From: Trichoplax sp. H2
Taxonomy: Eukaryota
Assembly: GCA_003344405.1 (NCBI GenBank)
Contig: NOWV01000111.1
Coordinates: 124,001 to 188,000, forward strand
DNA length: 64,000 bases
Reading direction: 5' to 3'
Part shown: positions 1-13,800 of the stretch, piece by piece
Position numbering within the stretch: the stretch's first letter is position 1
How the letters are laid out: each line of letters opens with the position of its first letter
The notes under the pieces: generated by a model
The model's input: the letters and a program-made list of their open reading frames with translations, nothing else
The model's database searches: none
Told to the model about the DNA's origin: nothing
Translations under genes and position numbers: made by a program

Positions 1-304
1 AAATGATCAGTGCGTACCGGAAATGCCCAGCGATGACATGACTAATACTATGGACAAAGTAACACAAAAAGATGAGAAAGATTTAAGGAAGCAATGCCTA
101 CAATACTTTGATAATTCATTCTATGGCAAGAAAACACAATTTTTAAATATGCAATTATTAACAAGGAAAAGGAAAGCAGCGTCCATACCAGTACAAAGTA
201 TACACGAAGACGCCCGGCCGTTAACACCTGTAGAAACTGAACTTATGTCGAGAAGAGGATATCTTCAACCTTTTTCACCTTATTTATCAAATAATCTGAA
301 CTAA
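1..304 (+). CDS. 3' end (terminal exon) of an unidentified protein-coding gene entering from the left edge
   Basis: Frame is open from position 2 to TAA at 302-304 (..EDARPLTPVETELMSRRGYLQPFSPYLSNNLN*), with protein-like composition, followed by AT-rich 3'UTR-like sequence. No family recognised. Confidence 0.5.
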   Translation, partial: NDQCVPEMPSDDMTNTMDKVTQKDEKDLRKQCLQYFDNSFYGKKTQFLNMQLLTRKRKAASIPVQSIHEDARPLTPVETELMSRRGYLQPFSPYLSNNLN

Positions 305-1381
305 TCATAAGCAATGTAATTAGCTTACCAATAGAATCCAAAATTCTCAAAATGTTATATTTTTATTATCAAGACAGTTCATATACTGGAGAGATTAACC
401 CGTATTACGTAATGTATTACTCAATTGGCACTGCATACGTTTATGATGTAATTTGTAATGAAACACGTCGCCTTTGTGTAGCTAGCGACGTACAATACTT
501 GCTCCTTTTTTACTACGCGTATAAACATATCAGATAAGTTTCTAGGATCTCTTATCATAAGTTGCAACGTATTGTAAATCTAACAACCAAAATAGAGCCA
601 ATGCATAATTTATTAATTCTACATTCAACAAAAGGATACACCAACCAATAGCGCGATGTGGTCTTTTTGAAAACTAAGGTAATGTTTTATAACCTACAAA
701 GTGTTTTTCTATTGCATGACCATGATTTTCCACTTTCGAAATATCCCAGATATGACATAGCATCGTTTACATTCGCGTACATCGTGTCCTGGTATGTGAG
801 TTCGTACGTACACTGACACTCAGTTATCTTAATGATCCTATTGAATTAGCACATTCAGTGCATGTAAATGTACGCGTATATATATTCTTACGTATTTATA
901 CCATTTTATTTATTACTGTGTATTGTTTACAAAATTTAGAGCAAAATTTCGATCGTTTATACTATGTTGTTGATGCTATATTCGAAATGTCACGATTCTG
1001 CAACTGTATTGCAAATTGAAATAAAAATTACTTACTGTACCATGATTTTGTATTCATATAAGATTTTTTAGACAATGAAACTATCGTACTTCTTAATCTG
1101 CACGTTAACTGATATTACAAGAATAGACTCTAGACACAACAAGCTTTTAAAAATGCCACAATACCTCAGTGATGGATTACCTTTACAATTATTATCGCAA
1201 AGCGATAATAATTGCATATATACGTATAATTTATTCTTAGTATTTTGGCAATAAAGATTTATAGGGCGGCATGATATCTATCACAATACTATGTAAAAAC
1301 TTCATTATGTCTAAAAATTACAACCGATTAAGTACTAATTTAAGATGATATCAATAAATAATTATCCTAGACTTCGTTCGG

Positions 1382-4228
1382 TTACGAGGAAATAAATCCT
1401 AACTCATTTTCGAGTATGCAACCTGCATCAAATAGTCTATTTTCTCGGAAAGATGGCGCCACCAATGACATAGATATTGGCAATCCTTTCTTTGCCGTCT
1501 TAGTCGGAATAACTAGAGACGGTATACCTAATTAGAGATAGATAAAATTATTATGGATTGTTGAAGGTGATCATAGAATGATCTAGTGCAAAGCAGTAAA
1601 ATTTACCTGCTAAATTCGCTCCTGCAAGATAGAAATCATGATGAAGACTCTCCACAATATTTTGCTCTTCATAAGGCCTAACAGCGTCAGCGACAGTTAA
1701 AACGGAAGGACTTAAAATCATGTCAATTCCATTGCCAAACGCATTCTTATAATCATTCAATATTAAACGGCGAACTTTTTGCGCTTGTTCCAAATAACGG
1801 CCACGGTTACTGAAAAATCGATATTAATTAATTAATATCAGCTAAAGTACGAAGTAGGTAGCATCTACACAAACAGCAACAAGTAGTTGAAAATATTTAC
1901 CTCCTTAAGGAAAAATAAGTGCCAGCAAGAATCCTTCTCCTAACCGCAGGGCCAAAACCTTCTTCGCGGCTTTGACCATAAACTTCGTCTGTAGTTTCAC
2001 CGTTAGCACTTCTATAACCATATTGTAACCCATCGTAACGTGCCATGTTTGAAGAAACTTCAACAGATGTCAATACGATGTAACACGGCATGACTAAATA
2101 AGAGTGTGGTAAGGAAATTTGAACAATTCTTGCTCCCAATGATTCCAACATTTCGGTCGTTTCCGACCAACTTTCTAATATCTCCTTGTCTAATTCCGCA
2201 ATGTGATGTTCCTTGCGAAAGTGAACGTCAATAACGAATTAGTTGTTGCAGGCGATCTGCCAACTCGCTTGTAGTATCATTAAGCAAACGCCCATTGTTG
2301 TCTAAACTAGTCTACTGTACTACATATACCTTTGCTATACCAATAGTAAACATAGATAGTGGCTTATCCGCGACATTTGCGGACTCTTCCAATTGATGAT
2401 CTTGATACCTAATAGGCCTTCGACTCGATGTTGCATCCTTGGGATCATGGCCAGCTACAATTTCATATACCAATTCTATATCCTGTACGCTTCTAGCAAT
2501 AATTCCAGGGGCATCAAAAGAGCTTGCTAAAGGAATAAGCCCATACCTAGATAATCGACCGTAAGTAGGTTTTAAGCCTGCCAACCCACACCAAGCAGCC
2601 GGTAAACGAACCGACCCTCCGGTATCAGATCCCAGGGCCCTAAATGCGTATATCGAATATAATATATATATAAAATGACTTAAGCTTCACTTGACTGTAC
2701 ACACGGAAGGCATTCCTTTAGCCTAAAATTATGGTAAACTACAACGAATTAAAAACAATATGAGTATTATTGTTTAATCTATTATATATTATTACATACA
2801 CTAATGACATGCCTGCAGCGACGGCTGCAGCGCTTCCACCAGAGCTTCCACCAGCTAAATATCTCTGGCTCTTATCAGTGCTATCACATAAGACAAGACC
2901 GAGATATAAACGTTAGTTGCGTACTGTACATTGCAGTTACTAAATTCATACTGTGTAATACATACGCAATTACGCATTTCATTCAATTTTGATACGATTA
3001 TAGACTGTATTAATCTTCGACAAAAGAATTAACCTATCTTCTAAAGGCCAAGGATTTAAGGCAGGTCCGAATTCGCTTATAGCATTAGCGGTTCTATTTA
3101 AATACAGATAATTAATTGCGGCATTTTGGATAATATGAACATAACTACTGTAGTACAGTAGCCATTCTCTTGATGGGATATGTAATTTTGAAATAAGTAT
3201 TTTTTACCTACCCCATAGCAAATTCATCTAAGTTTGTTTTGCCAATTAGTATTCCCCCTTGATCAAGTAATCGCTGCACAACCGTAGCATTAAATGGTGG
3301 GACATATTCTAAAATTTTAATCAGTGACAGCATCTTAGCAGTTATCTCATTAATCGCTACCGCTGTAGGTACTGAAACTAACTAATTACGATCTAGATTT
3401 AAATAAAAAAGCCGACTTCATCTCACCGAAAAGCGTTCGCGATGCACATGTCGTTTTTATACCTTTCGTACTAAAGTTATCTTTGACAGCAAAGGGAATT
3501 CCATCCAGTGGACCTAGAGGTTGGCCTAATAAATATATTGGAAAGAGTCTTGAGTCATAAATTAGATTGCATAGAATCTATTAAAATAATGTACCAATAC
3601 TCTAGCAAGGGAATAAATGGATGGATGAGGCAGTGCTCATCATCACCTTTCCTACATCTTATTTGCAATCTATTGCTGCATACATGCTTTAAACCTAAAT
3701 TATCTACCTTTTCTTAGTCTCTCTTCCGATGCTTTTATTTGTTCAGTTATAATATTCTGGTCGGTGTTGTAAACGAAAGCATTATATTTATCAGCGATAG
3801 CCAAACAGGACGAGCATAATTCTGAAACCGTAAGCTGCCCTTCCCGTAGTAACTGGGCTGCCTTTATAATGATAATAATTCAATGGTATCATAAATTCAT
3901 TTACAACAGGTATGTTCTTCATACATTTTAAGCTATCATTCTATAAACAGATGAAAATTTCTAATTCCTTAGCGACTTCAATCGAGCTCAATCTGCAAAT
4001 ACGTCACTAGACACCATGCAAAATATGCTGCTAACGTGATGCACCAGTACTATACTGATAAAGAACTTCATGTACGTGTATCCAGAAGGAAAATGCACGC
4101 AGCTTGTCATCATCTGCAAAACGGAAGAGGTTGACACCTGATAGACGGTACAGTCCTACACTTTGGAAACTTTTCTATATTAACCTTTTCACTACTGCCG
4201 CTTGGAATCTACTATATTGATTGTCCAT
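1382..4228 (-). CDS. QRSL1: Glutamyl-tRNA(Gln) amidotransferase subunit A, mitochondrial (GatA), multi-exon
   Basis: Spliced exons give amidase-signature motifs: [14 protein letters not shown] (~3470-3515), [13 protein letters not shown] (~3210-3250), [12 protein letters not shown] (~2820-2855), [36 protein letters not shown] (~2535-2640), [31 protein letters not shown], and [15 protein letters not shown]. Stop at 1382-1384. The clearly recognised 5' exon ends at ~3862; the ATG at 4228 plus a micro-exon at ~3977-3992 is tentative. Confidence 0.93.
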
Positions 4229-4937
4229 TACTCACTCTATACCTCAATCATTGGAGATCAAAAATAATAACTGTACGATCTTTATGTGATTTGTAATAAA
4301 ACGAGTGACAATGATGCTACAGTAACACAATATTTCCTATGCATCAAAATCATCCTGACGTGCTTTTCTTTCCATTGCCCAACTACGCTTACATAATATG
4401 TCTTTAATAAGATCTAATACTCTCTTAGCGAACAAATAGAGTGAAATGATGGCATGTAAATTGATGTTATGTTGCGAAGCATCTGATTGCTGCATATCGA
4501 TTTTCTAATTGTCACTTCAAATATTACCAGCTATTACCTTGGTTACTGACATACGCAGCATCTTCCAATCGTATCTACTTGACTGATACCATTCTATCTT
4601 CAAATGCTTTAAGTAATCAATCAGTAGAATGTAGTTTCTACCTGGATCACCACTACGACCTGGCTTAGCACTCTGCCTTCAGTAGTGTAGAAATGAATCA
4701 ATTAAGGCTAATTTTAACTTGAGCAAAGTATATTGTATACCAGAAATACCTAAACATGCCATCCGAGCCATACTGTAAGCCATCAATGAGTACTATCGGT
4801 GTGTACAATTGTTAGCCATCTGACTTTATGAAGAACAACTAGTTCACTATTTGAGATACCGTCTGTCTGTAACTATCTAAAAAAAAAGCTACTATGGTGT
4901 ACAACTGTGCACTAGTGTGGAGAAGGCCATTCCAGCC

Positions 4938-5439
4938 AGCCAAAACATGTTACTAAACATGGCCGAAACTACTCTACAGTTACTCGGGTGCCCGACAAAG
5001 GACTATGGAAGAGACTCTTCTACTTTCCTATGGAAAGTAGCTCTTACTTGAAGTCAATAAAAGTTTTTCTTGCTAGCCAAAACCTGCTACTAAATCGCTA
5101 AAACTGCTCGACAGTTGCTCGGGTGCCCGACAAAGGACTGTGGAAGAACCTCAGCTACAGAAGTCAATAAAAGTTTTTCTTGCTAGCCTAAACCTGCTAC
5201 TAAACATCGCTAAAACTGCTCTACAGTTACTCGGGTGCCCGACAAAGGAATGTGGAAGAAACTCTTCTACTTTCCTATTAGCTCTTACTTGAAGTCAATA
5301 AAAGTTTTTTCTTGCTAGCCCAAACCTGCTACTAAACGTCGCTGAAACTGCTCTACAGTTACTCGGGAGACTGTGGAAGAAACTCTTCTACTTTCCCATG
5401 GAAAGTAGCTCTTACTTGAAGTCAATAAAAGTTTTTCTT
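4938..5439. repeat. Minisatellite, ~4 copies of a 110-136 bp unit
   Basis: Recurring blocks 'tagccaaaacctgctactaaa..ctacagttactcgggtgcccgacaaagga..ggaaga..ctactttcc(tat)ggaaagtagctcttacttgaagtcaataaaagtttttctt', with unit starts near 4938, 5074, 5184 and 5316. Confidence 0.92.
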
Positions 5440-6199
5440 CCATCTCTACACTTTAGTAAATGCACAATAGAAAATGAGTTCTATAAGAATCATACAAGTA
5501 TATTACAGCAAAATATAACTTTATATAGCTGTTAGCTACTGTGGCTTATACGTAAACAGTACAAGTAAATCGTTTCTCATCATACCAACCACCATATGAC
5601 GACTTTATTATTTTATTAAGCATAACAGGCTATTCTACTTCCTAGTGAGACCGTATTTGATGCCACTACTAGAAGTAGCTGAAACCTCTGCAATAAAATG
5701 TGAATGTAATGCGCTGCTGCATGCATACGAGTATATCACCCGCTTAGTGCTGCGGCATATGGCAATAGGCACGCCGCTTAAGTTGCATGCACCCCTAGTC
5801 CTTGCACTTTGCCGGAATACTTAGGCATGAGCAAGGACTATATGTACATTACTATTGATATACCGCAAATTGCGTTTGTGCTAGCAAATGCTTTATGATC
5901 AACTACTGTTGATCGCGTAATATGCGGGGCAGCAGTCTGTATTATTTTTTGATCTTAACATTCCCATTTGCTATAGTTAGTCTTCTAGCTAGGTACAAGT
6001 GACTAACCATAGACTTCTTATTAATGGCTGTGATAACATGCCTTCAAAATAATAATACAAAAGCTACAGTTTCATATAAACTTCACTTTATTACATAAAC
6101 TAGCAAATTAGGTTCGACTTCCACAACTACCAATGATTATCCAGATGCAATCAGACTATCTAAATTATTTAAAATAACATTCATCATTTAAATATACAA

Positions 6200-6370
6200 T
6201 CAGTAAAAGAATGGCTACTGTCCAAGTACAAAATCCAGTCATTTCGCCAAATGCCTAGTCAATTTGCAAACTGCCATACATCTTGTAGTATTAACCAATG
6301 CAAATGCTTTAAGGCTAATGTCAAGTGTAACAGTAAATGTCAAAATCAGAGAACTAGTAAAAATAAATAA
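6200..6370 (+). mobile_element. Isolated Cys-rich C-terminal fragment of a KRBA2/Ginger-type integrase
   Basis: Translates to ..NCHTSCSINQCKCFKANVKCNSKCQNQRTSKNK*. This matches the CxxxCxxxxCxCxKxxxxCNSKC..NK* tail of invertebrate KRBA2-like integrases (from recall). Confidence 0.65.
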
Positions 6371-7117
6371 AAATTTTCATAATCACAACATTATCAATTC
6401 AATAATAACTCTTCATTGATAATAGTATCTCTAAATGTTTGGCAATTACTGAAGGCAATTACTGAAGTAATTGCCAGTTGCATATGTATTGATTATTCAA
6501 ATTAGTCTATTATCATTATTATGCATTATTATTATAATCATCAAAAAAATATAGATTCTCTGTTTTTTTAGTAATATTACTGCATGAATAAAGATAGCTT
6601 CTCAGATTTGTAAAGAAAGACGGTTTCACTGATTGACTTGTTTTACTATTTTTGCAGTTTGCGAACTGACTAGGCATTGCGCAAATACACTGAACTTCGC
6701 ACTCAAACGGGTGCAGTAACATAACCATATCTTACCAATTAGGTCGCAAGATCAGATTACATTTGCTATCGCGATATATTCATAATTCACGCTTTTAATT
6801 AATTACAGCGTTACAATACAAATCCCACATACTTAGGGCAATCTATTTACGTCACGGAACCTTAATATTAACATCTCATAAGAGTCTTATAATTTTAGTC
6901 ATAAAACTTATTCGGGATTGCACTACAATGGTGCTTACAATATACTGTACTGTCCACATAAGTTGAGATGGATCTATATGAGTTTATGTATCAATAGCTG
7001 GCAATTACTAAGTAACCTAAAAGACAGAATGAGAAAATGAAGTATGTTCCTGTCACGTTCTGTAATAGTTACATAATTAGTATGTTACCTTCTTTCTATA
7101 TATGGTTAAATATCACG

Positions 7118-8047
7118 ATGTTATCGCGTCAGGCGTATATATACCGTCAGACGCTTGGACAGTATCCGGAAAGGGGATAAGAAGGTAAAAGCTGATTATG
7201 GCTTGTTGAAGCGGTATGGCTTGGGGTCTATGCCTGGAAAGTTATGCTTTGTAAAGCCAGGAACGAACGTAATTTACGTCAGCGAGAGTGAACTGTTTGA
7301 AGTATTGCAGACTGTTCATAAAGACACTGGCCATGGAGGACGTAATGTGATGAAGCACAATTTGAAAAAAAATATGCCAACGTAACAAAAGAAGTCATAT
7401 CCTTGTATGTGTCATGCTGTGAAGATTGCCAAAGAAAAAAAGTAGTAAAGAGTCATGCTCTGGTCACGAATCCTATTTTATCTGAAGACTTTAATTCGCG
7501 ATGTCAGGTTAATTTTTTTTACATTTTTGACTCTTTAATTTCGGTTTGAGTAAAGCAAAAATTTGACTATTTTAATTAATTAATTATATTATTGTTACAT
7601 AGGTTGATTTAATAGATTTTCAATCACAACCTGATCGGGAATTTCGTTTTATTATGGTTTATCAAGACCATCTAACGAAATTCATACAGCTTAGGCCCCT
7701 AAAAACAAAACAGGCTAAGGAAGTCGCTGAAGTGTTGTATAAAATTTTTGCTATATTTGGAGCACCTGCCATTTTGCATTCTGACAATGGTATTCTAATT
7801 TATTACTAATAATAAAATATTTTAAACACTTTCATTTATAGAATTTCATTTGCTACGAACGCATTATCTCAGTAACTAAATTTGTTAATTTTTGAATTAA
7901 GGCCGAGAATTTGTTAATGCGACAATTGAACAACTGAAAGATAGGTGGCATGGATGCCATTTAGTGAGAGGGAAGCCCAGGCACAGCCAGAGCCAGGGAT
8001 CGGTTGAGAGAGCCAACCAAGACGTTGAGCAAAAGCTCCGTTGCTGA
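7118..8047 (+). pseudogene. Disrupted, intron-containing DDE integrase/transposase (KRBA2/SCAND3-like, Ginger-type)
   Basis: H2C2 zinc motif (VHKDTGHGGRN...CCEDC). rve core RCQ|VDLIDF..VYQDHLTKF..LRPLKTK..FGAPAILHSDNG|REF..GKPRHSQSQGSVERANQDVE. GT-AG introns at 7508-7602 and 7790-7901. Frameshifts at ~7136-7143 (TA run) and 7365-7372 (A8); TGA at 8045-8047. Confidence 0.9.
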
Positions 8048-10869
8048 GTGCAGATCTAGTACTTGTTACAAAATTTGGAAATTGTAACAGTTCCTCTAAT
8101 CAACTGCATAGGTAATTTGGATAAGCTGCTATTTAATTCTGAACATCATATTTCAAATATCTTCGCTTCAATCAGATGAGCATTTACATGATGATATTCT
8201 GTACATTCGGTATCATGAGTCACTTAAGCCTTACGTATTTAGAGCATATTTACTTAATGTGGAAATAATGACTGCAATATAATAATAGTTAATCTTTCAT
8301 CTTTAATCTAATCGCAAGTCATTATAAGAGTGCTTGTATTATGACGACATTAAATACGTATAAAACAATCAACTTTTCTTCCTTTCTAAAATCATCTATG
8401 CGACTAACTCATTTCTAACCGACATAAATTTTTATACTATTTATCAATTTTAATTTTGCTAAATCATGTTGTCGTTATCGACAAACATAACTATTTTACG
8501 AGTACGATATCATTTTGTTTGTTATTAAATATTGCTTACAAATTAGATAATCAATTTAGTCAATCCATATGGTCAGACACGGAATAACTTATTAATAACC
8601 AGCCAAACTATTCCTTAATAATTTTATATACCGGTAAATAATTACTGGAGTTACGAGAGTGATAATATGTTAGCATACTCATATTAATTTAAACTAGCTA
8701 AAGATTTCGAATTTTGATTACAGCAAGTGATATTTGGCCAATCGTAATATAATTTATGACTACTTTCCTAGGTGAACTTTATTAACATTATTGGCGGTTA
8801 GCTCTTAATGGAGGTAGTATCTCTTCAAACACTTACGTTATTTGAAGATATTTGAATTGTACACTTGTAAATATGAACTAAGTTAACATGTAATAAAGTA
8901 AAATCTTACATAAATACAGTAAAATACATTATTATGCAATGATCTACTCATAGAACTGATAATATGGAGTGTAAATACGATTGAGTAAGACAGTATAGAA
9001 CTTTAATTGCTGGTAGGCTGCTTAAACAAGTAAGTCGACCAATAATTCTAGTCTAAAAAAGAATATCCAGATAAAATTAGTCGTTTAAAATTGAAAGTAT
9101 ATTAGCAAAATGAACGATAACGTTATATGCATTTACTTCCTGCAGTCAGATTTTAATTATTCATAAAACAAAATATGGCAGACTACTGTCATTCTTTGGC
9201 TTATTTAGCGCCCTCTTTGAATCAATCACCTATCGCTATATTCTTAGTAGAACACAATCCAGCAGATTGCATGATCTTATTTAACAACATCTTTGAATAA
9301 CATATCTACTACCCATGTTCACAACATACGCGTACATGTCAATCCTGCAGGCATTTATTGTTCTCCTGTATTAATTAAGCTATGGCATGATTGGATATAA
9401 ATTCTACCTAAATATCAATAAATAATTCCATAAAGCAACTTGATATGCAGGCATAACCAACTGTAAATACTTATTAAGCATTCATTGGCATGATTTACTT
9501 GCTTCTCTAGCCTAATCTTTGGACGGAAGGGCTATTTCTCCATTCTTCATAAGTGCCCTTCTATCATGTCGTGATTATGCTATGACCCAATAATAATTAA
9601 CTCAGCTATAGCCTACAGTAATAATATATATCGCCAGGTGCAGTATATAAGCAATTACCGTAGACATTTGATTATTCGATGGACTAGAAAGTGCTTCTTG
9701 ATTTATTGATGCTTTGCCAAAGGTTATCTAGCATCTATGATCATGCAGCGTGCTTCTGTCCTAAAATTATCTGTAGTAGGTCAATCGATATTGACTTGGT
9801 TACTTTACTAAAAAACAAACTACAATTTACCTTTGCAAAGCTCAGCCAGGACTACAAAAAAGAAGGAAGCATAAAAAGTACGTTATAGCTTATGGTGACA
9901 GTTATACACTACAGTTCAGTAATCTGTAAAAAAAAATAGTCAGCCTATCCATTTCTAGTATAGAGGATGATAGCATTGCTTTACTCTCTCCTTTAGTAGC
10001 TTCCGATATAGTTTACAGGAAATATTAAACATTTTCTCATGTTCATGATGAGCTGACCATCAGTATTATTCCAATGCACAGTTTTTATCTATTTCTGTAG
10101 GTATTGCACGAATTTTAATGCTGGAAAATCCTTCTTGACTATTTCTTTAGCCAGTTTGGAGTATATACGCTTACGTGTAAGTAGAATGTTGCAATCATGC
10201 TATCGATTACCTTATCAGATTTATTATTTTATGAATAGTTATATTGAAATACAATACAATTTCTAATGTTCAGAGTACGGAATAAATCTTTAAATAGGTT
10301 AAAAATCAATATTAACCAATTACGCTATTTCAATTAATTTATGAATTAAAGACAATATCATAACCCTCGTAGAATGAAGACTTCGATGAGAGCTAAAAAA
10401 AGTTATCTGGACTAGAAGTCGTAGAAGTATCCGGAAAGTTAAATCTTATGACTGACTTCATTTCTCAAAGAGTTTTTCATTCTATAGGGTATTGCCTGCA
10501 CATAAAAAGTAGATATCGATTATGCAAGTCTTAAATAAGGCTCATAAAGTTAACAAAGACAGAAATATCTGCTCGTACATAATTTTAATCTCGTATCACA
10601 TCTTATATAAATCATTCATGCTAGCAGCGTCGAACATGTCGTTACATTAATCATAACAGGAAAAACTAGTTAGTAATTATAATAACAGTTCATATTAAAC
10701 TTAACATCTGCTATCGAACAAAACTAATAACTAGATATATATGTAAATAGAGTTCACCAATCGCGGAAGGTATTATTTATCGTAAGTAATCTTACGAAAT
10801 GCAACAACAAATAATAAACAATATTTTTGCAACAAGCAATAACGCCTGAGAAAGAATGATCGAACCTTT

Positions 10870-13800
10870 TTAGTATTTTTTGACTGAGGCGTTAGCGTTA
10901 TACTCGTTTTGCTCATTAGTAACTGTGATATTATAATGGCTGTTATTTTGGCTGCTACTTCGGCTGCTATTTCGGCTAATACTTGGAGACTGTATACTTG
11001 GCGACATTCGAGAACCATTTACTTGGAGTACAGATAAATAGTAGTGGTCATCAGTACAAATAGTATTATCTCGAGTAGTAATAAGGTTAGGTTGGATGGA
11101 ACGACTATAACACTTGGTAGCCATATTTCGTACACCACTGACGCAATGAGCCAAATATTGTCGACAACATAACGGTAGACAATTAAAACATTTAAAGAAC
11201 ACCCTTCGCAATAACATCACATCAGTGAAAGTATAAATAAATGGATTAATAGCCGAATTTATAGGCAAAGCTATAATGACAACAAATTGTATTTCAAACA
11301 CATTACTAGTCTGTTGGATAATGGCACGATATAATGTATAATAGAATGGTAACCACGAAGCTAAATCGGATATAATAATAATAAATAATCGAAATGCAAT
11401 AGTTTTATCTTTACTTTCTGTTGATCTACGGATCGTTTTACTACTTTTACGAATGGAATTAAATATTGCAAGATATAAAATGGCAGTAATAAACCAAGCT
11501 ATGATAGTAATAATGGTATATAAAATAATCCAAGCACGATAATAAACATTGATAACATTACTTGGCATGCAAATACTAGAAAAGTAATGTAAGCGTTTAT
11601 CACCATCTTCATTAATGCTAGTTATTGTTGGAATAATACAAAATGTAAATGAGGTTATCCAAGCTGCCAAGATAAGATAACGAGACTGCGATGCTGTTAA
11701 TTTACGAGTTGAAAATGGAAAAACTAGACATATATAACGATCAATAGTAATGATTAACATCATTAAAACCGACATCAGGCTAGAACAAGTACCCAGTAAC
11801 ATCGCAATAGAACATGACCAACTTTTCAACCAAGTTTCAAAGATACTTCCATAAATTCCTTGGTATGTAAGATCAGCTACAGCAAGAATTAATAAGTAGA
11901 TTGCAGTCGTAAAGTCTGCCAATGCCAGATTGGCCACGAGTAAGTGGGGCACTTTTACCGATCGACGTGAATTAATAAAATATTGGACAATAACGCAGAT
12001 ATTACCCACTAACGCAACCAATCCTGTAAACCAGACAAATAATTGTAGAGATAAATGTGTTAATAAGTTACGGCATAATGATAGGCCTCGAAAATTTGTC
12101 TCGGGAGTGCATGTCGTTACTTTAGACGGAACTGCACAACATAGGTAATCTCGTGTTGTTGATCTAGAACAAGAAAAACATAAATTATGATACGTCATAT
12201 TTAACGTAAGCTGGAATTATACAGCATAGGAATTCTCATAATGAAGATCTCAAATACGTGTAAGCATAGACATAAGTCTGAAGAGAGCATAATGTAGTAG
12301 AACTTAGACTGTAATATTACACATGAATAACCTCACTTCTAACAATCTAAAACAAAACAACAGAAAGATGAAAATGTTAATCTGATGGGAACACGGGTAA
12401 GCCGTTACGTCAGTTGGAATTCTGGTCATGGTAAGTAATCTAGTTACAAAAATGCAACTATTAAAATAAAAGAATATATTCCCGACGTATAAGATAAAAT
12501 TTGCAATAAATTAATGTTCATCTAATGTAGCAATCTCTATTACCCGAGGTTATTGAAACATCTCTCAATGCCATACATTTTATCGTTACATTTATATGAC
12601 TATACCTGATTTTTACTGACCTCTATATTACAATTTAAAAATTTTGCATTATCTGTTGACAAGTTTCTAGCATTTAATGTTTATTAATAAAAAGTATATA
12701 ATATCTCACTATCATTCTAATTATTAATGATGATACTGTAAATAAATTAATATTAACTATTAAAGATTTGAGCAAGGATCTAAATATACCGTCCACATCC
12801 TACTTTCGAGAGAAGTTCAGTAACGTATCAATAAAATCATTCTGCTTTTGTCCTGACAATATAGACGTTTATTGTATTACTGACTCTTAACATCACCAAA
12901 TCAATGTTTCTACTGATCTTTATAATAATTTTAATGCTTATTAACAGTATATGATCAAAGCTATCCGAATAAGTAGGAGATATACAAATCCTACTACTGC
13001 TATAAAATAATATTTCTTGATTATGGCTGTAAGCGTAGTAGGATTTTTTCTTTCCAATAACATTTCGAGAGTAAATATTGTTAACAATAATATGTAGGGC
13101 ATATAACAGACAGTGACATCGCAAAAATATCTAGCAAACTCTCATTATACACCTAAAGGCATGCAATAAAACATATATTATTAAATATTATATTTCCTAT
13201 ATACTAAAAGTATTCATCTGACACACAAACATTTTATATGAACATAAACTTACACCGACTGTAATAAAACCGGCCCATAAAATGATTCATGGGTTAAACT
13301 GACCAAACTATTTCGACGCATAGATCTAAACAGACAGATAAACAGCAAAAGCATGTCTAATTAGCATTACTACTGTGTATTGGCTTAGTTACTGACAGAA
13401 TAGCAATATTCAGCATACTATTTTCCGAACAGCTGTTATATAAATTGGGGGATATAGTCTATTTGTTTACTTTCGGATAATAAAGATTTATCATCTTAAT
13501 AATAGTCAGAGACACACAAGAATTAACGGCTCCTTATTATACGAAAGTAATGTAATCATAGTAGCATTCAACTAGTAAAATTGAAAATCATTTCATCAGA
13601 GATAAAATCGATGAAATTTGTAATTTTCGTCAGATGCGACGACATTGAAGTTAAGAATATATAATCAAATTCTCTGTTAAAATCACTGTGTTTTATTCAT
13701 ATAATATATAAATAATCTGCTTAGAAAATAGCACGTTCATTTTAATCTCTTATGCTTGGTACGCCAAATGCCATAAAATACGTAACTAGGGCAACAATAC

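Noticed and set aside
4938-5439. CRISPR-like array (palindromic repeats)
   Set aside because: Whole units repeat with no unique spacers, there are no cas genes, and the context is eukaryotic.
5640-5830. GC-richer segment with short open frames on both strands
   Set aside because: No recognisable protein or RNA family, so no call can be supported.
10773-12148. ORFs 10773-11018 (-) and 11930-12148 (+)
   Set aside because: Shadow frames of the 7TM exon.
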